DNA of 64,000 bases from Leptonemataceae bacterium (GTDB lineage: Bacteria; Spirochaetota; Leptospiria; Leptospirales; Leptonemataceae): NCBI GenBank assembly GCA_965227295.1, contig OZ245742.1:4832001-4896000 (forward strand). Direction: 5' to 3'. Below the pieces are notes generated by a model. That model was given only the letters and a program-made list of their open reading frames with translations. It ran no database searches and had not been told where the DNA came from. A program made the translations under genes and the position numbers. This document shows, in pieces, positions 47,501-57,400 of the stretch; positions within the stretch are counted from its first letter, which is position 1; each line of letters starts with the position of its first letter.

Positions 47501-49817
47501 TCGATTCGAAAGCGGACGACTTAGATGCCTTCGCCGCGGCTCTCCAGTTGTACTCAGCGAGTTGATTGCGTTCCGCCGGGTCCGTAACGTAGTCACGCCC
47601 TTCATTGTATTGATTTACGATGTCAAAGAGGCGGTCCTCGACGTGTTCGGCCGTAACGCTCTTCAGCAAGAGGTTACCGATCCGCAAATGGATTTGCTTG
47701 CGTTCCTGTTCGTCGATCAGCCCGTAGCTCGCCTGCTGGACCCGGTCGTGGGCGAAACGAAAACCCGGGTTCGTACCTTTCTGCAATTCGGCGTCGCCGG
47801 CCACCTCCGCTTTAATATCGCGAAAGGATTCATCCATGGGCAGGATCATCTCTTCCTCGATCGCGGGCCAGAGATCTTCCAGGGTATCATGCATGTTCTT
47901 TTCATGAATGACGGCGAGCGTACGCAAGTCGAACTTGTTGCCGATGCACGCCGCGAATTGCAGCACACCTTGCGCCTCGGGGCTGAGGCGCGTCAGTTTC
48001 TGGGTCATGAGTTCGACAACGTTGTCTTGAATACCGAGTTTGGAGATGTAGGCAACATCCCACGTCCAGCCCTGGTCATAGTCGAATCTCAAGTGACCGT
48101 TTTCGTAGAGGTCCTTTAAGAGTTCCGCGGTGAAGAACGCGTTCCCCTGCGTCTTGGAAAAAATAAGACCCGCCAGTTCCTGGCTTCGAGTCGAATCGGA
48201 CTGAAGCGCGTCGCTGACCAACTGAGTCACGTCTTCCAGCGCCAGGTTGGATACCGCAATTTCGTGGGAGATGACATCGCTATCTTTGCGGAGCGATTCG
48301 ACCATCGACATCAGCGGATGGGAGGCATCCACCTCATTGTCGCGATAGGCGCCGATAAACAGGAAGTGACTGTTATCTTCGTCGGCCACCAGGGCCTTTA
48401 GCAAGGCCAGGGAGGCGTTATCCGCCCACTGGAGGTCGTCGATAAAGAGGACGAGCGGATGCTCCGCCCGAGAGATTGCCCGCAAAAAACCCTGAAAGAC
48501 GCGGATGAATCGGTTCTGAGATTCCTGAGGCCCCAGTTCCGGTACGGCGGGTTGCGAACCGATCACATGCTCCAGCCCGGGAATCAGCTCGACCAGGACC
48601 TGGCCGTTGTCACCGACTGCATCCAGGATCTTTTGTTTCCACTCATCCAGCCGATCCGCGCTCTCCGTCAGCAAAAGCTGGCAAAGGTCTTCGAAGGCCT
48701 GGGAAATTGCATAGTACGGAATACCCTTCTGTAACTGGTCGAATTTACCGGCGATGAAATTGCCGCGCTTTTCCGTAATGGGACGATGGACCTCGTTCAC
48801 CAGAGCGGACTTCCCGACGCCGGAGAATCCTTTGACCAGGACCATCTCGCATCGTCCGGTCGCCGCGCGCTCGAATGCGCTCATCAGAGCGGTGAGCTGA
48901 TTGTCCCGTCCGTAGAGCTTTTCCGGAACCTTGAAGGTGCCCGAAAAATCTTTGGTGCCGAGATCGAAAGTTTCGATCTCCCCATCCTTCAATCGTTCGA
49001 GACACTCGTCCAGGTCATTGCGCAGTCCGATGGCAGACTGATAACGATCCTCGGCATTCTTGGCCATAAGGCGAGTAACAATGTCGGACAGAATTCTTGG
49101 AACCTTGGGGTTCACCTCATGCACGGGCTCAGGTACCCGGGCGATGTGACAGTGCACGAGTTCCATGCTGTCCCGGGTCTCAAACGGAAGGCGTCCGGTC
49201 AGAATTTCGTAAAAGGTCACGCCCAGGGAGTACAGATCACTGCGCGAATCTACAATCCGGTTCATCCGCCCCGTTTGTTCCGGAGAAATATACGCCAGAG
49301 TCCCTTCCAGGGTTTCCGGGTTTCCCAGGTGCTGGTTCTTGAGGTTGATCCGAGTGGAGATACCGAAGTCGATGAACTTAACCGTGTTGGTATCCGGGTT
49401 TACCAGAATATTGGCCGGCTTGATGTCCTTGTGAATGATGCCTGCGCCGTGTATTGTCGCCAGATGCGAAGCGAGAATTCGGGCGATCTTAAGAAACGAA
49501 CGTACCGCCAGGCGCCCGCGCCCGATCAATTCCTTCAAAGACATGCCGCCGAAATCTTCGAGGATGAGGGCAACACCGGAGGACGATTCTTGCAGCATCA
49601 GCGGTCGCACGGCCGCATCTTCTGCGAGGGCCTTGCCGAACTCAAACTCCTGCTGAAGCTTGGCCATCTCTCGTAAGCCTGGATCCCGATTTCGCGGGAC
49701 CTTTACAATAACCTGCTCACCGGAGTCCAGGGTCGCACGATAGACCACCGTTGATTGCCCCTGATGTACGACATCTCCGAGGCTATATTCGAGTTTCTTT
49801 TCCGTCTGTTCGGCCAT
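44562..49817 (-). CDS. Ser/Thr kinase - P-loop ATPase - GAF - SpoIIE/PP2C phosphatase multidomain regulator
   Basis: HKDIKPAN, DFG, YISPEQTGR; GFSGVGKS, FIDDLQWAD; GAF (YLENDLATGAF); VGGDYY, GDVTGHG, YTDGV, DDVT. Confidence 0.92.
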   Translation of the reverse strand: MAEQTEKKLEYSLGDVVHQGQSTVVYRATLDSGEQVIVKVPRNRDPGLREMAKLQQEFEFGKALAEDAAVRPLMLQESSSGVALILEDFGGMSLKELIGRGRLAVRSFLKIARILASHLATIHGAGIIHKDIKPANILVNPDTNTVKFIDFGISTRINLKNQHLGNPETLEGTLAYISPEQTGRMNRIVDSRSDLYSLGVTFYEILTGRLPFETRDSMELVHCHIARVPEPVHEVNPKVPRILSDIVTRLMAKNAEDRYQSAIGLRNDLDECLERLKDGEIETFDLGTKDFSGTFKVPEKLYGRDNQLTALMSAFERAATGRCEMVLVKGFSGVGKSALVNEVHRPITEKRGNFIAGKFDQLQKGIPYYAISQAFEDLCQLLLTESADRLDEWKQKILDAVGDNGQVLVELIPGLEHVIGSQPAVPELGPQESQNRFIRVFQGFLRAISRAEHPLVLFIDDLQWADNASLALLKALVADEDNSHFLFIGAYRDNEVDASHPLMSMVESLRKDSDVISHEIAVSNLALEDVTQLVSDALQSDSTRSQELAGLIFSKTQGNAFFTAELLKDLYENGHLRFDYDQGWTWDVAYISKLGIQDNVVELMTQKLTRLSPEAQGVLQFAACIGNKFDLRTLAVIHEKNMHDTLEDLWPAIEEEMILPMDESFRDIKAEVAGDAELQKGTNPGFRFAHDRVQQASYGLIDEQERKQIHLRIGNLLLKSVTAEHVEDRLFDIVNQYNEGRDYVTDPAERNQLAEYNWRAAAKASKSSAFESTVEYLNIASTYLDADRAWDENHDLIWNIYADRASAEFSCTMFEESERDILYALDRCETDDERVRLYQIYLAVLFQLNRHEDGVDRAREALRKLGVSLPKKIGKVNVGLQYVLFRLRLGFRKAASLKNLKEIQNARVLNICKILYDMVPSAYIAQPDTMGYICVYMARLCLRYGNSMYSAFAYAMIALVQAGVTKEYKTSAQFMQLAMDLNEKNPDVDVKGRVHFTENGFTGHWTKPVMNHVEHMQIARQCFRDTGNLHWRNYAVAFSRTQSILFYNKTLPEIDEENVRFYDDHYRLRDREVTLNQYFLIGFIRKLRGMNMDDVPDMYDYSEEMFEKEMRTPGNFAVRTYFFTFKMIEAYTFEQYEEALKYAKDSFKIVLEVLGLLLDQAERFYFMLSVLAQSRKKSTGFFVGVAYRLNRFLLRHAAKNMPENFQVHYSLVLAEEARYKRKWEKAGRLYDTAIQEAEEAGYPIMLCLGNELAARCFAEQGKDRISSMYLHEAHRHWARWGAVAKVRDLEQKHPELRLSRFSVGRGGSSGDTTTISATTTAATATSTGGGGGLDMSTVVKATQAISGEIKLENLLSNLMKNVIENAGAQRACLLLEKDGALFLEAEDTTDTSAQPSILKSIPLSDANVPTSVMQYSLRTGQDVVLENAAVEGRFTRDDYIAAKKTKSLISHVITKQGRLVGIMYLENDLATGAFTPDRLEVLGILGSQAAISLENSRLVAEETERQKLQKEMEMAKHVQMSILPNALEDDDYNIAAHMTPAEQVGGDYYDYYRLDGHRWIAIGDVTGHGLNSGLLMLMAQTGFSAYLNSSPEPDTLQLFSALNKTLHENMANRTKQNLYMTFTALKADAEGNFEHVGKHEDILVWRKSTGKVEVIQSDGVWMGIVPTVDERMISKAQFHLAPGDFIILYTDGVIECRNESNEQFDTPRLIEVIETNAEHGIETVRDRIVEACFKFMSRQDDDVTLFLMEKK

Positions 49818-50030
49818 AGTCTTCCTGGTGTTGGTTCGATAGGATGCGGTACGCTGATATTTGCCGCCCTATCCACCGATCGTCAACTCCTTTCCACAAG
49901 AATCAGGAGAATTGATGAAATGATCGTGGGGCGGAGCGGATACCAGAGGCAGGGCAAAGGCGCCCGGTCTGAGGAATCGACCGGGCACCGCGGAAATAGG
50001 TGGGGAAGAATACCGGATCGGAGATTCCGG

Positions 50031-50498
50031 TCAATGGTCTTCGAGAAACTCTCCGATACAGGGAAGAATGCCCAGCGCCGTAAAAAACGTCTGGGTATCG
50101 AAATTATGCCAGTCCTCTTCTAAACGACCTTCGTCATCCATGCGCCAGACGCCGGTCCCGGTAAACAATACGCTTCGATTTGCCGGTTCAATCTGGAGAA
50201 ACTTGCCGGTATGCGTCCCGCTAATCCAGTACTGCGCCGCGACTCGGTTTTCACCAACGCAGAGGGATTCATCGATCAACTCAATGGTGAGATCCGGGAA
50301 TGCATCCCGGTAGATTTTCACGAGCTTGCGAATGCCCGCATGGCTCACAATGCCGGCAGCATATGGATCGTGCCGGACATAATTCGGCGAATACAGTTCC
50401 TCCAGCGCGTCCGGATTCTTGCCGCTCCATACATCGGCCAGGATTCTGCGTACTGTATTCACAAGTTCGGTGGATGTGTGACTCTGGGTGGTAATCAT
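50031..50498 (-). CDS. SnoaL-like ester cyclase (NTF2-like fold)
   Basis: YSPNYVRHD, AFPDL, GTHTGKF; AGGAG RBS before ATG 50498. Confidence 0.85.
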   Translation of the reverse strand: MITTQSHTSTELVNTVRRILADVWSGKNPDALEELYSPNYVRHDPYAAGIVSHAGIRKLVKIYRDAFPDLTIELIDESLCVGENRVAAQYWISGTHTGKFLQIEPANRSVLFTGTGVWRMDDEGRLEEDWHNFDTQTFFTALGILPCIGEFLEDH

Positions 50499-50526
50499 AA
50501 TCAGGTATCTCCTGGGGCCGGCGGCT

Positions 50527-51444
50527 TCAGCCTTTGACTCCGGCCAGTATTCGCATGAGCTGATCACCAAGAATACGCATGAGGTATTCCCGGTGTGTCT
50601 GCATATAGAAGTGGTTGCCGGGGAACATCGTTAAATCGTATTCTTTGGTAGTTTGCTTCTTCCATTCCTCGATCTCTTCGATGATCACCAGCTTGTCCTG
50701 GACCGCACCGAATGTAGAAATCGGGATATCCAGGGGAGCCTCGTCGATGTATTCGTACGCCCGTAGTAGATCCAGGTCGGCATCCATTACCACGCGCGCG
50801 AGGGTCATGAGTCCGAGGTTTTCCAGAACCTCCGGCGGCGTACCCCCGAGTTCTACAAAAAAGTCGTCCACCATCCCTTCCGGAATATTGAAAATCACCG
50901 AGCGACGCTGCGGCCGCGGAATATGGGGCCCGATAAACGACGAGATGAACATGTGCTCCGGTAGCCTGGCGCCCTGCCGACGAAGTTGCCGGGTGAGTTC
51001 GAAACTGGTCAACCCGCCCATGCAGTGACCAAAGAACGCGTAGGGTCTATCCAGAAACGGTGCGACGTTTTGCCCGAGTGCCTGAATCATCGGGAAAAAA
51101 TCCCGGTAGGGAGTTTCGTTCAGGCGATCCTCCCGGCCCGGAAGCTGGATCGCGCAAATCTCGACGTCCGCGGCCAGGGATTCGTGCCACGAGCGGTAGA
51201 GAGACCGTGCACCGCCGGCGTAGTGAAACGTGAAGAGTCGCATCTTCGCATTCGGCTTCTCTTCCGTTATGTGCACCCACGGATTGGCCTGTTGCGGTTT
51301 GGCCGCGGTCGTCGCGGCGGCGCCTCCGGCTGATGGACTCCGAGAAGCCGGTTGCCGGGCTGCCGGTCGTGCTCCATCGCCCTGCTGTGCAGGGCCACCG
51401 GAACGATTCTTAATTTTTGCGATTAGATCTTGTTTCTTACTCAT
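50527..51444 (-). CDS. Stand-alone thioesterase with Cys nucleophile motif (GHCMG)
   Basis: LFTFHYAGG, QLPGREDRL, GHCMGG, PGNHFY; its ATG overlaps the megasynthase stop (ATGAGTAA). Confidence 0.88.
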   Translation of the reverse strand: MSKKQDLIAKIKNRSGGPAQQGDGARPAARQPASRSPSAGGAAATTAAKPQQANPWVHITEEKPNAKMRLFTFHYAGGARSLYRSWHESLAADVEICAIQLPGREDRLNETPYRDFFPMIQALGQNVAPFLDRPYAFFGHCMGGLTSFELTRQLRRQGARLPEHMFISSFIGPHIPRPQRRSVIFNIPEGMVDDFFVELGGTPPEVLENLGLMTLARVVMDADLDLLRAYEYIDEAPLDIPISTFGAVQDKLVIIEEIEEWKKQTTKEYDLTMFPGNHFYMQTHREYLMRILGDQLMRILAGVKG

Positions 51445-54400
51445 TTTCCGCCTCGTCTTCCAGTAATTGACTCCGCACGATTTCCTTAAGGTCTTCCTGT
51501 GACATCTCTTCAAGCGCCATTAAGGCTTCATTCAACTCCAGGTCTTTCTCTTTCTGAGCCTTCTTTTGCAAGACAATTTTACCGAGTTCCGAAATAGAGG
51601 GCGCCAGATACACACTGCTGACCGGTAAGTCTATATCCATTTCTTCCGAAAGTCGCGCCGCCACAACGAAGGCAGTCAGAGAATCCCCCCCGAGGTCAAA
51701 AAAGTTGTTATAGATCCCGACCTCGCCGTACTCTCGCTGCAGGACATCGATCCACACAGTCTGAATTACGCCTTCGATGGAGGTTCGCGGACTGACAAAG
51801 CTCTGCTCGGTTTCAAAATACTTTTTGCCGTGCTCAGTCCCCTCGCTTTCCAGCGCTCCTGCACCGGATCCCGGAAAACGCAGCGCAGTCTCGTTGACCG
51901 AACCATCCGGCAATTCTGGAAGGGAGTCAAGGATTACAAAGTTCAATGGAATCAGAAAATACGGTAATCGACTCTGGAGAAAGGTGCGCAGTTGCGTAAT
52001 CGAAAGCTGCTGGTGTTCCTTGAAATGCAGTGTAAACTCCTGTAGCAATTCGAGAGTTGCTTCGTCAGGTTCAAAGTTGAATCCCGTACGATTTGTGTCA
52101 TCGCGCCAGGCAAGCCAGCACTCCAGCTTGAGGGGATCAATGATGCCGGGCAAAGACAGCAAGATCCGCATCCGCATATCTTTCTCCCAGGCGACCGGAG
52201 CATCCAGAATGCTAACCCCCGTCGTCGAAATCTCACCTGCGGTCATCTCAAACCGACGGCCATCTTCCATTTCCACGGTGCACCGCCGACGTATGGGAAT
52301 ACGCGGCATCTGGCTTTCGTGCGCCAGAGTGAACTGTTCCAGCTCCAGAAGATAGGCCAAACTCTTTTTCAGGAGGGAGGCCTCCACAGGCGAAGTCTGG
52401 AAACCCACTCCGGCCAGTCCGTCCTCAATCCAGCGGACTTCACCACCTACGCGAAACTCATCGAAGAAGCCGGGCAACAGAAGGGTAATCCTCAGATGCA
52501 TGCCGACTTTCCAGTCCGCCGGCACGCCCTGTAGACGCAGGCCACCGGGAGAAACATCCTGAGTCACCAGGGTGATTCGCTGACTATCGCCGTACTCCAC
52601 ATGACAGTGGATGGTAGTGATCAATCGATCCACGATGCGATCCGAGACGATGTAAGCAACCAGTCCGTTGCCGGCCAGCTCCTGGTTCTGCGTCACGTAT
52701 GCCTGGGTAATCGCAGGATGTTCTTCGATCGCCAGTTCCAGTTCACGCAGATTTATATCGCGGCCCTCGATTCCGGCCGTACGCTCTCGAGACCCCAGCA
52801 ATTGAATCTCCCCGGAAGCATTGTAGCGGGCCAGCAGACCGGTTCGAAAGAGCCGTGCGTCCTTAGCTTTCGAAAAAGGACTCTTAACGAATCGTTCCCC
52901 GGTCATCTTTTTCTCGTTTCGATAGCCGGAAGCCAGACCGGGACCGCCGACGTAGAGCTCGCCGACAAACTCCAGGGCAGCAGGCTGCATCTGATCGTCG
53001 AGGATGTAGGCTTCCATGTCGTCGATGGGCCGTCCGATCGGAGGATAGTCCGGCCAGTCGAGAGAACGAAAATCCTTGAGGCGATAAGCGGCAAAGAGAC
53101 CGGTCTCAAAGGTACCGAAACGATAGTTTACTTCGCAGTAGCCGAGCTTTTCCAACATCTCGACCAACTGCCTCGTAATCGAAATCCGGCTGCCGACCAG
53201 ATGAACCTCTCGGAGGTACTGCGGAACCAGATCTTGCTCATGCGCGACCCGGGCAATGCCGCGAAGTACACCCTGATCGGCGAAAATCCGTTCAACGAAA
53301 TGGTCCTTCAGAAACTTGACGAATTCCATATCCTGTCTGCTTTTCTGCGGCGCGATAACGACCGTCCCGCCGGTCGCCAGAGTGGCGAAGGCTTCATGAA
53401 ACAGAACGGAAGAGCTGACCGAGTTGTGCAGCAACGTCCTGGCTCCGAGGGAGAGAGGAGAATTCCGAATGGTATACATCAGCGAGTGGACAAAGCTCGC
53501 GTGGTCCACCTCCACCCCGAGCGGTTTCACCTGATCGTGAGCACGGTAAAACAAAAAAGCGGTGGGATTGGCGGGGACCTTTACGGATTTCGCTGTCTTC
53601 GCCGCCTTCTTTTTGGCCGCTTTTTTCTTTGAAGCCTTCTTTTTCCCCCTGGCAGCCTCCGCCACAACGAACTGACCCGTGCGTAGTTCCAAAACCATAC
53701 GCTGATTCGCAAAATCCTCCGGCCCGCGAATGTCTTGCTCGGCGAAGGTGATGAGCTTGAAAGGATCGGCATCGTGCATGAAGACACTCATGCGCGCCAC
53801 GGAGTATTCGGGGTCCAGGGGCAGAACCGTGCCGCCGACTTTGAGAATTCCAAGTACGGCAGCCAGGAAGGCAAAGGAGCGATCACCGGCCACGGCGACG
53901 ACAGCGCCGGCCGGAATACCCTGTTCCGTAAGATGATCCGCAACCTGTCCGGCTCGCTCGTCGAGATCCGCGTAGGTGAACTTCTGTTCCCCATCTACCG
54001 CGGCAATCGCCCCGGGCACCAGGCGGGCCATGTTCGCTACGAGTTCGTGAATCAGTACGCCCTTCGCCTCAAGGTCCGTCAACAGGCCGTGATGGGGAAC
54101 CGCTTCGGGTGCCGCCTCCCGTTGACGAACGGCTTGCAACTCCTCGCTCACCGGCACGGCGTGCAGGTTCAAGCCATCGACCGAGGTCTTCGGTGCCTGC
54201 CCGGCGCTTTTCAGAATTTCGGCATAGGAAGCCGCGAAGTGTTCCATCGTCGTACGTGCATAGAGTTCCGTCTTGTACCGCAGATCGATACGCAGACCAT
54301 CGTCGCCGCGTCGAATCATTACGACGATATCATCGAAGCCCGCAGTTCGATCGAGGTCGAGCACGTCTATATCCAGCCCGTCAGGAAGACTTCGGGATTC

Positions 54401-57400
54401 CTCTTCAAAGACAAAAGCAAACTGCACAAGCGGGGAACGCGAAGGATCACGCAGAGGATTCAATTCTCTGACGACCTGGAGGAACGGCACATTCGCGTGC
54501 GGTTCGATCCGTTGCAGGTCCTCTCGAATATTCTGCTGAAGGACGGAAATGCTCTGGTCGCCCGACACGCCGACTCGCAGGACAAACAGATTCGTGAGCG
54601 GACCAAGGGGTACATCGGGTTGTACGGGAGACATACGCCGATACACGCCGAGGGGTAGGTCCGTAAGACCGGTGACACGATGCAGGAGAGCAGCCGCGGC
54701 ACTGACGATGACTGGAAGCTCGTCTTTCGGCGCGCTTCCGGAGAACGCTTCCACCGGAACATCAAAGCCTACGGTTTCCGTCCGGAAATTGCGCAGCGGT
54801 GGAATACTCCTGGCAGTGGGCAGCCTTACCGCAGGAAGATCGCCCTGTAGATACTCCTTCCAGAATCTCAGGTTGGCGTCGGTCACCGTCCGGGCGGCCG
54901 CATACTCCCGGTACGGTGTCGGATAAGCAGCCGCGCCTGAATCAGTACCGGCCAGTAAATCAAGCAGTTCCTGTCCGAAAGCCCGGATAGCCGTTTCATC
55001 AAGGATGACGGTATGAGCGGCAATCAACAAGATACTTCCGGATGCGAGTGGAAACAGGCGAACGCGCACCAACGGAGAACGACTCACGGTAAAACCTTCC
55101 TGCGCCCGCGCGATCAATGAATCGAGAATTTCTTCTTCGGATAGTTCTTCGGTATCTACGATTTCGAAATCCGGTGCGGCACCGGAATAGATACGTTGAA
55201 CGGCAACACCGACTTTCGAGGCAACGGACGTCCGCAGGAATTCATAGCGTTTTGTTAATGTTTCAAGAGCTGAACTTACCTGGTTACCGCTGAGTTCGGC
55301 ACCGACAATGTAGGCCACGTGCACGTTCGTAATGTTCGCCCCGGGAGCGACCCGGTCCATAAAGTACGCACTCTCCTGCTCCGGAGACAACGGAAACTCC
55401 TCGAAGGTAAAACCACCGGCAGCCTCGGGGATATCCAGATTCTTGAGAATGTAAATGGAAAGCTGAGCAATACTGGAGCCGTCGGTAATGCGTCCGGCCG
55501 ACAGCTCATAGTCAAGGTCCCGACGCACCCGGCTTTGCAGTTCTACTCCCATGAGAGAATCGATGCCGATCTCTTTCAATGACCGTCCCGGTTCCAGGCG
55601 CGAAACGGGATAACGCATGATCTCTGCTACATTCTTCGCGATGTAGCCCTGCAGCATGGCTCCGCGTTGATCCTCCGGTGTTTTCGCCAGAACGGCCAGC
55701 GAGAAAGGCTGCCCGGAATCCAACTCCCGCGCCGAGGATTTCGCCGGTGCGACGCTGATCCGCGAAGCCAGGATATCTCGATACAACGGACTCGCCGCGG
55801 GCTCTTTCATCGTCGCCTGGAAACGATCCCAGTCGATCTTTATGGCGACGGGCACGGCTAACTGGTGGACAATAGATGCTTCGAGAACGGCCAGGCCGCG
55901 GCGCGAAGACAACGCATGGATGCCCCGGGACAGAAGATTCGCAATCATGCGACTTCCGGTGTCAGACTGCGCGGCAAAACCCGTGTCAGCCCAGGGACCC
56001 CAGACAATGCTCGTTGCCGGCAGCCCCAGAGAACGGCGATAGTGAGCCAGGGCATCCAGGAAAGCGTTACTGGCCGCGTAGTTGGCAAGTCCGTCCGCCA
56101 GCCCGGTGACCGCACCGGAGACGGAAGAGAACAGAACAAAAAAATCGAGTTCGGTATCGGCCAGACACTTATGGAGGACCCAGCCACCGTTCACCTTCGG
56201 ACGAAGAACTTTATGCAGTGCGTCTGCATCGAGATCCATCACCGACCGCCCTTCCAGGACTCCCGCCGAATGAATCACGCCGCGCAGCGGAGGATGGTTG
56301 GCATTGTACTCCTTAAGAAAGTCGTTGAAGCTGTCCTCGTCGGCCGTATCCACGGCGGCGGTGACGATTTCGATCTTTTCGCCGCCCAGGGATTCGCCCA
56401 GGCTTTCGAGGTGGCGCAGTGCCTGAATGCGATCTTTGACCGATTCCCGGTGATCGCCGTCCCAATCTTCCCGGGGCGGCAGCGGCGTGCGTCCGAGGAG
56501 GACCAGGTGCCGGGCCCCCTTCTCGATCAACCAGCGGGCAACCAGCAACCCGATCCCGGTCAGTCCGCCGGTCACCAGATAACCGGCGTCCGCGCGAACC
56601 TCCGCCGATGCCGGCTCCAGTCCCGTAATCGCATGCAGGCGTGCCACGTAACGATCGCCGCCGCGCAGAGCCACATAGTCTTCGTCATCATCGCTTTGTA
56701 ATTCGACAAAGAGCAACTCAGCGGCCTTCGCGGGATCGATCCCCGCTTCCAGATCGACGAGACCTCCCCAGATCAAGGAATGCTCCACCGCCACCGCCCG
56801 GGCAAATCCCCACACAGCCGATTCGATCAGGGATGAGGGTACTTCGTCGCCGATCCGCTGCGCGCCCTCGGTCACGAGGAAAACCCGAGGCCGGTGATCC
56901 GTCGGCACGGCATCCTGGGATTGGATGGCGTGAGTCGTACTCATGAGAACAAGATCATGCACGAGAGCGATCGTCTCCGGAGTGATGTCCTCAGGCGCCA
57001 GCGGGTCGAGGCCCCACAGATTGACCATCGTAAACGGCGTGTCCGGCTCTACCTGGATGAGATCGTCCCGGAGGCCGACGAAATCATCACGGCTGGCCGG
57101 GTTCAATTCGTACTGATCGCGATCGAGTTTCTGAAACTCTTCCCCCGGGAATACCAGGACGGCACGACCACCGGCTGCCTCTGCCAGCGTAGCCAGGGCC
57201 TTGCCGACCCCACGGCCGTCACACAGAATCAGCCAGTTCAGAATCGCCGCGCGATGCTCGCCTTCCCGGGCCTTCGACTGCCAGGTTGTTTCGTAGAGCC
57301 AATCTTTGATGCCCGGGCCGCGCTCTTCTTCCGCGCCCCCATCGTCAACAGGCAGTTGCAGATTGCGCCCCTCGGGCAGCAAACGCTCCCAACGAATATC

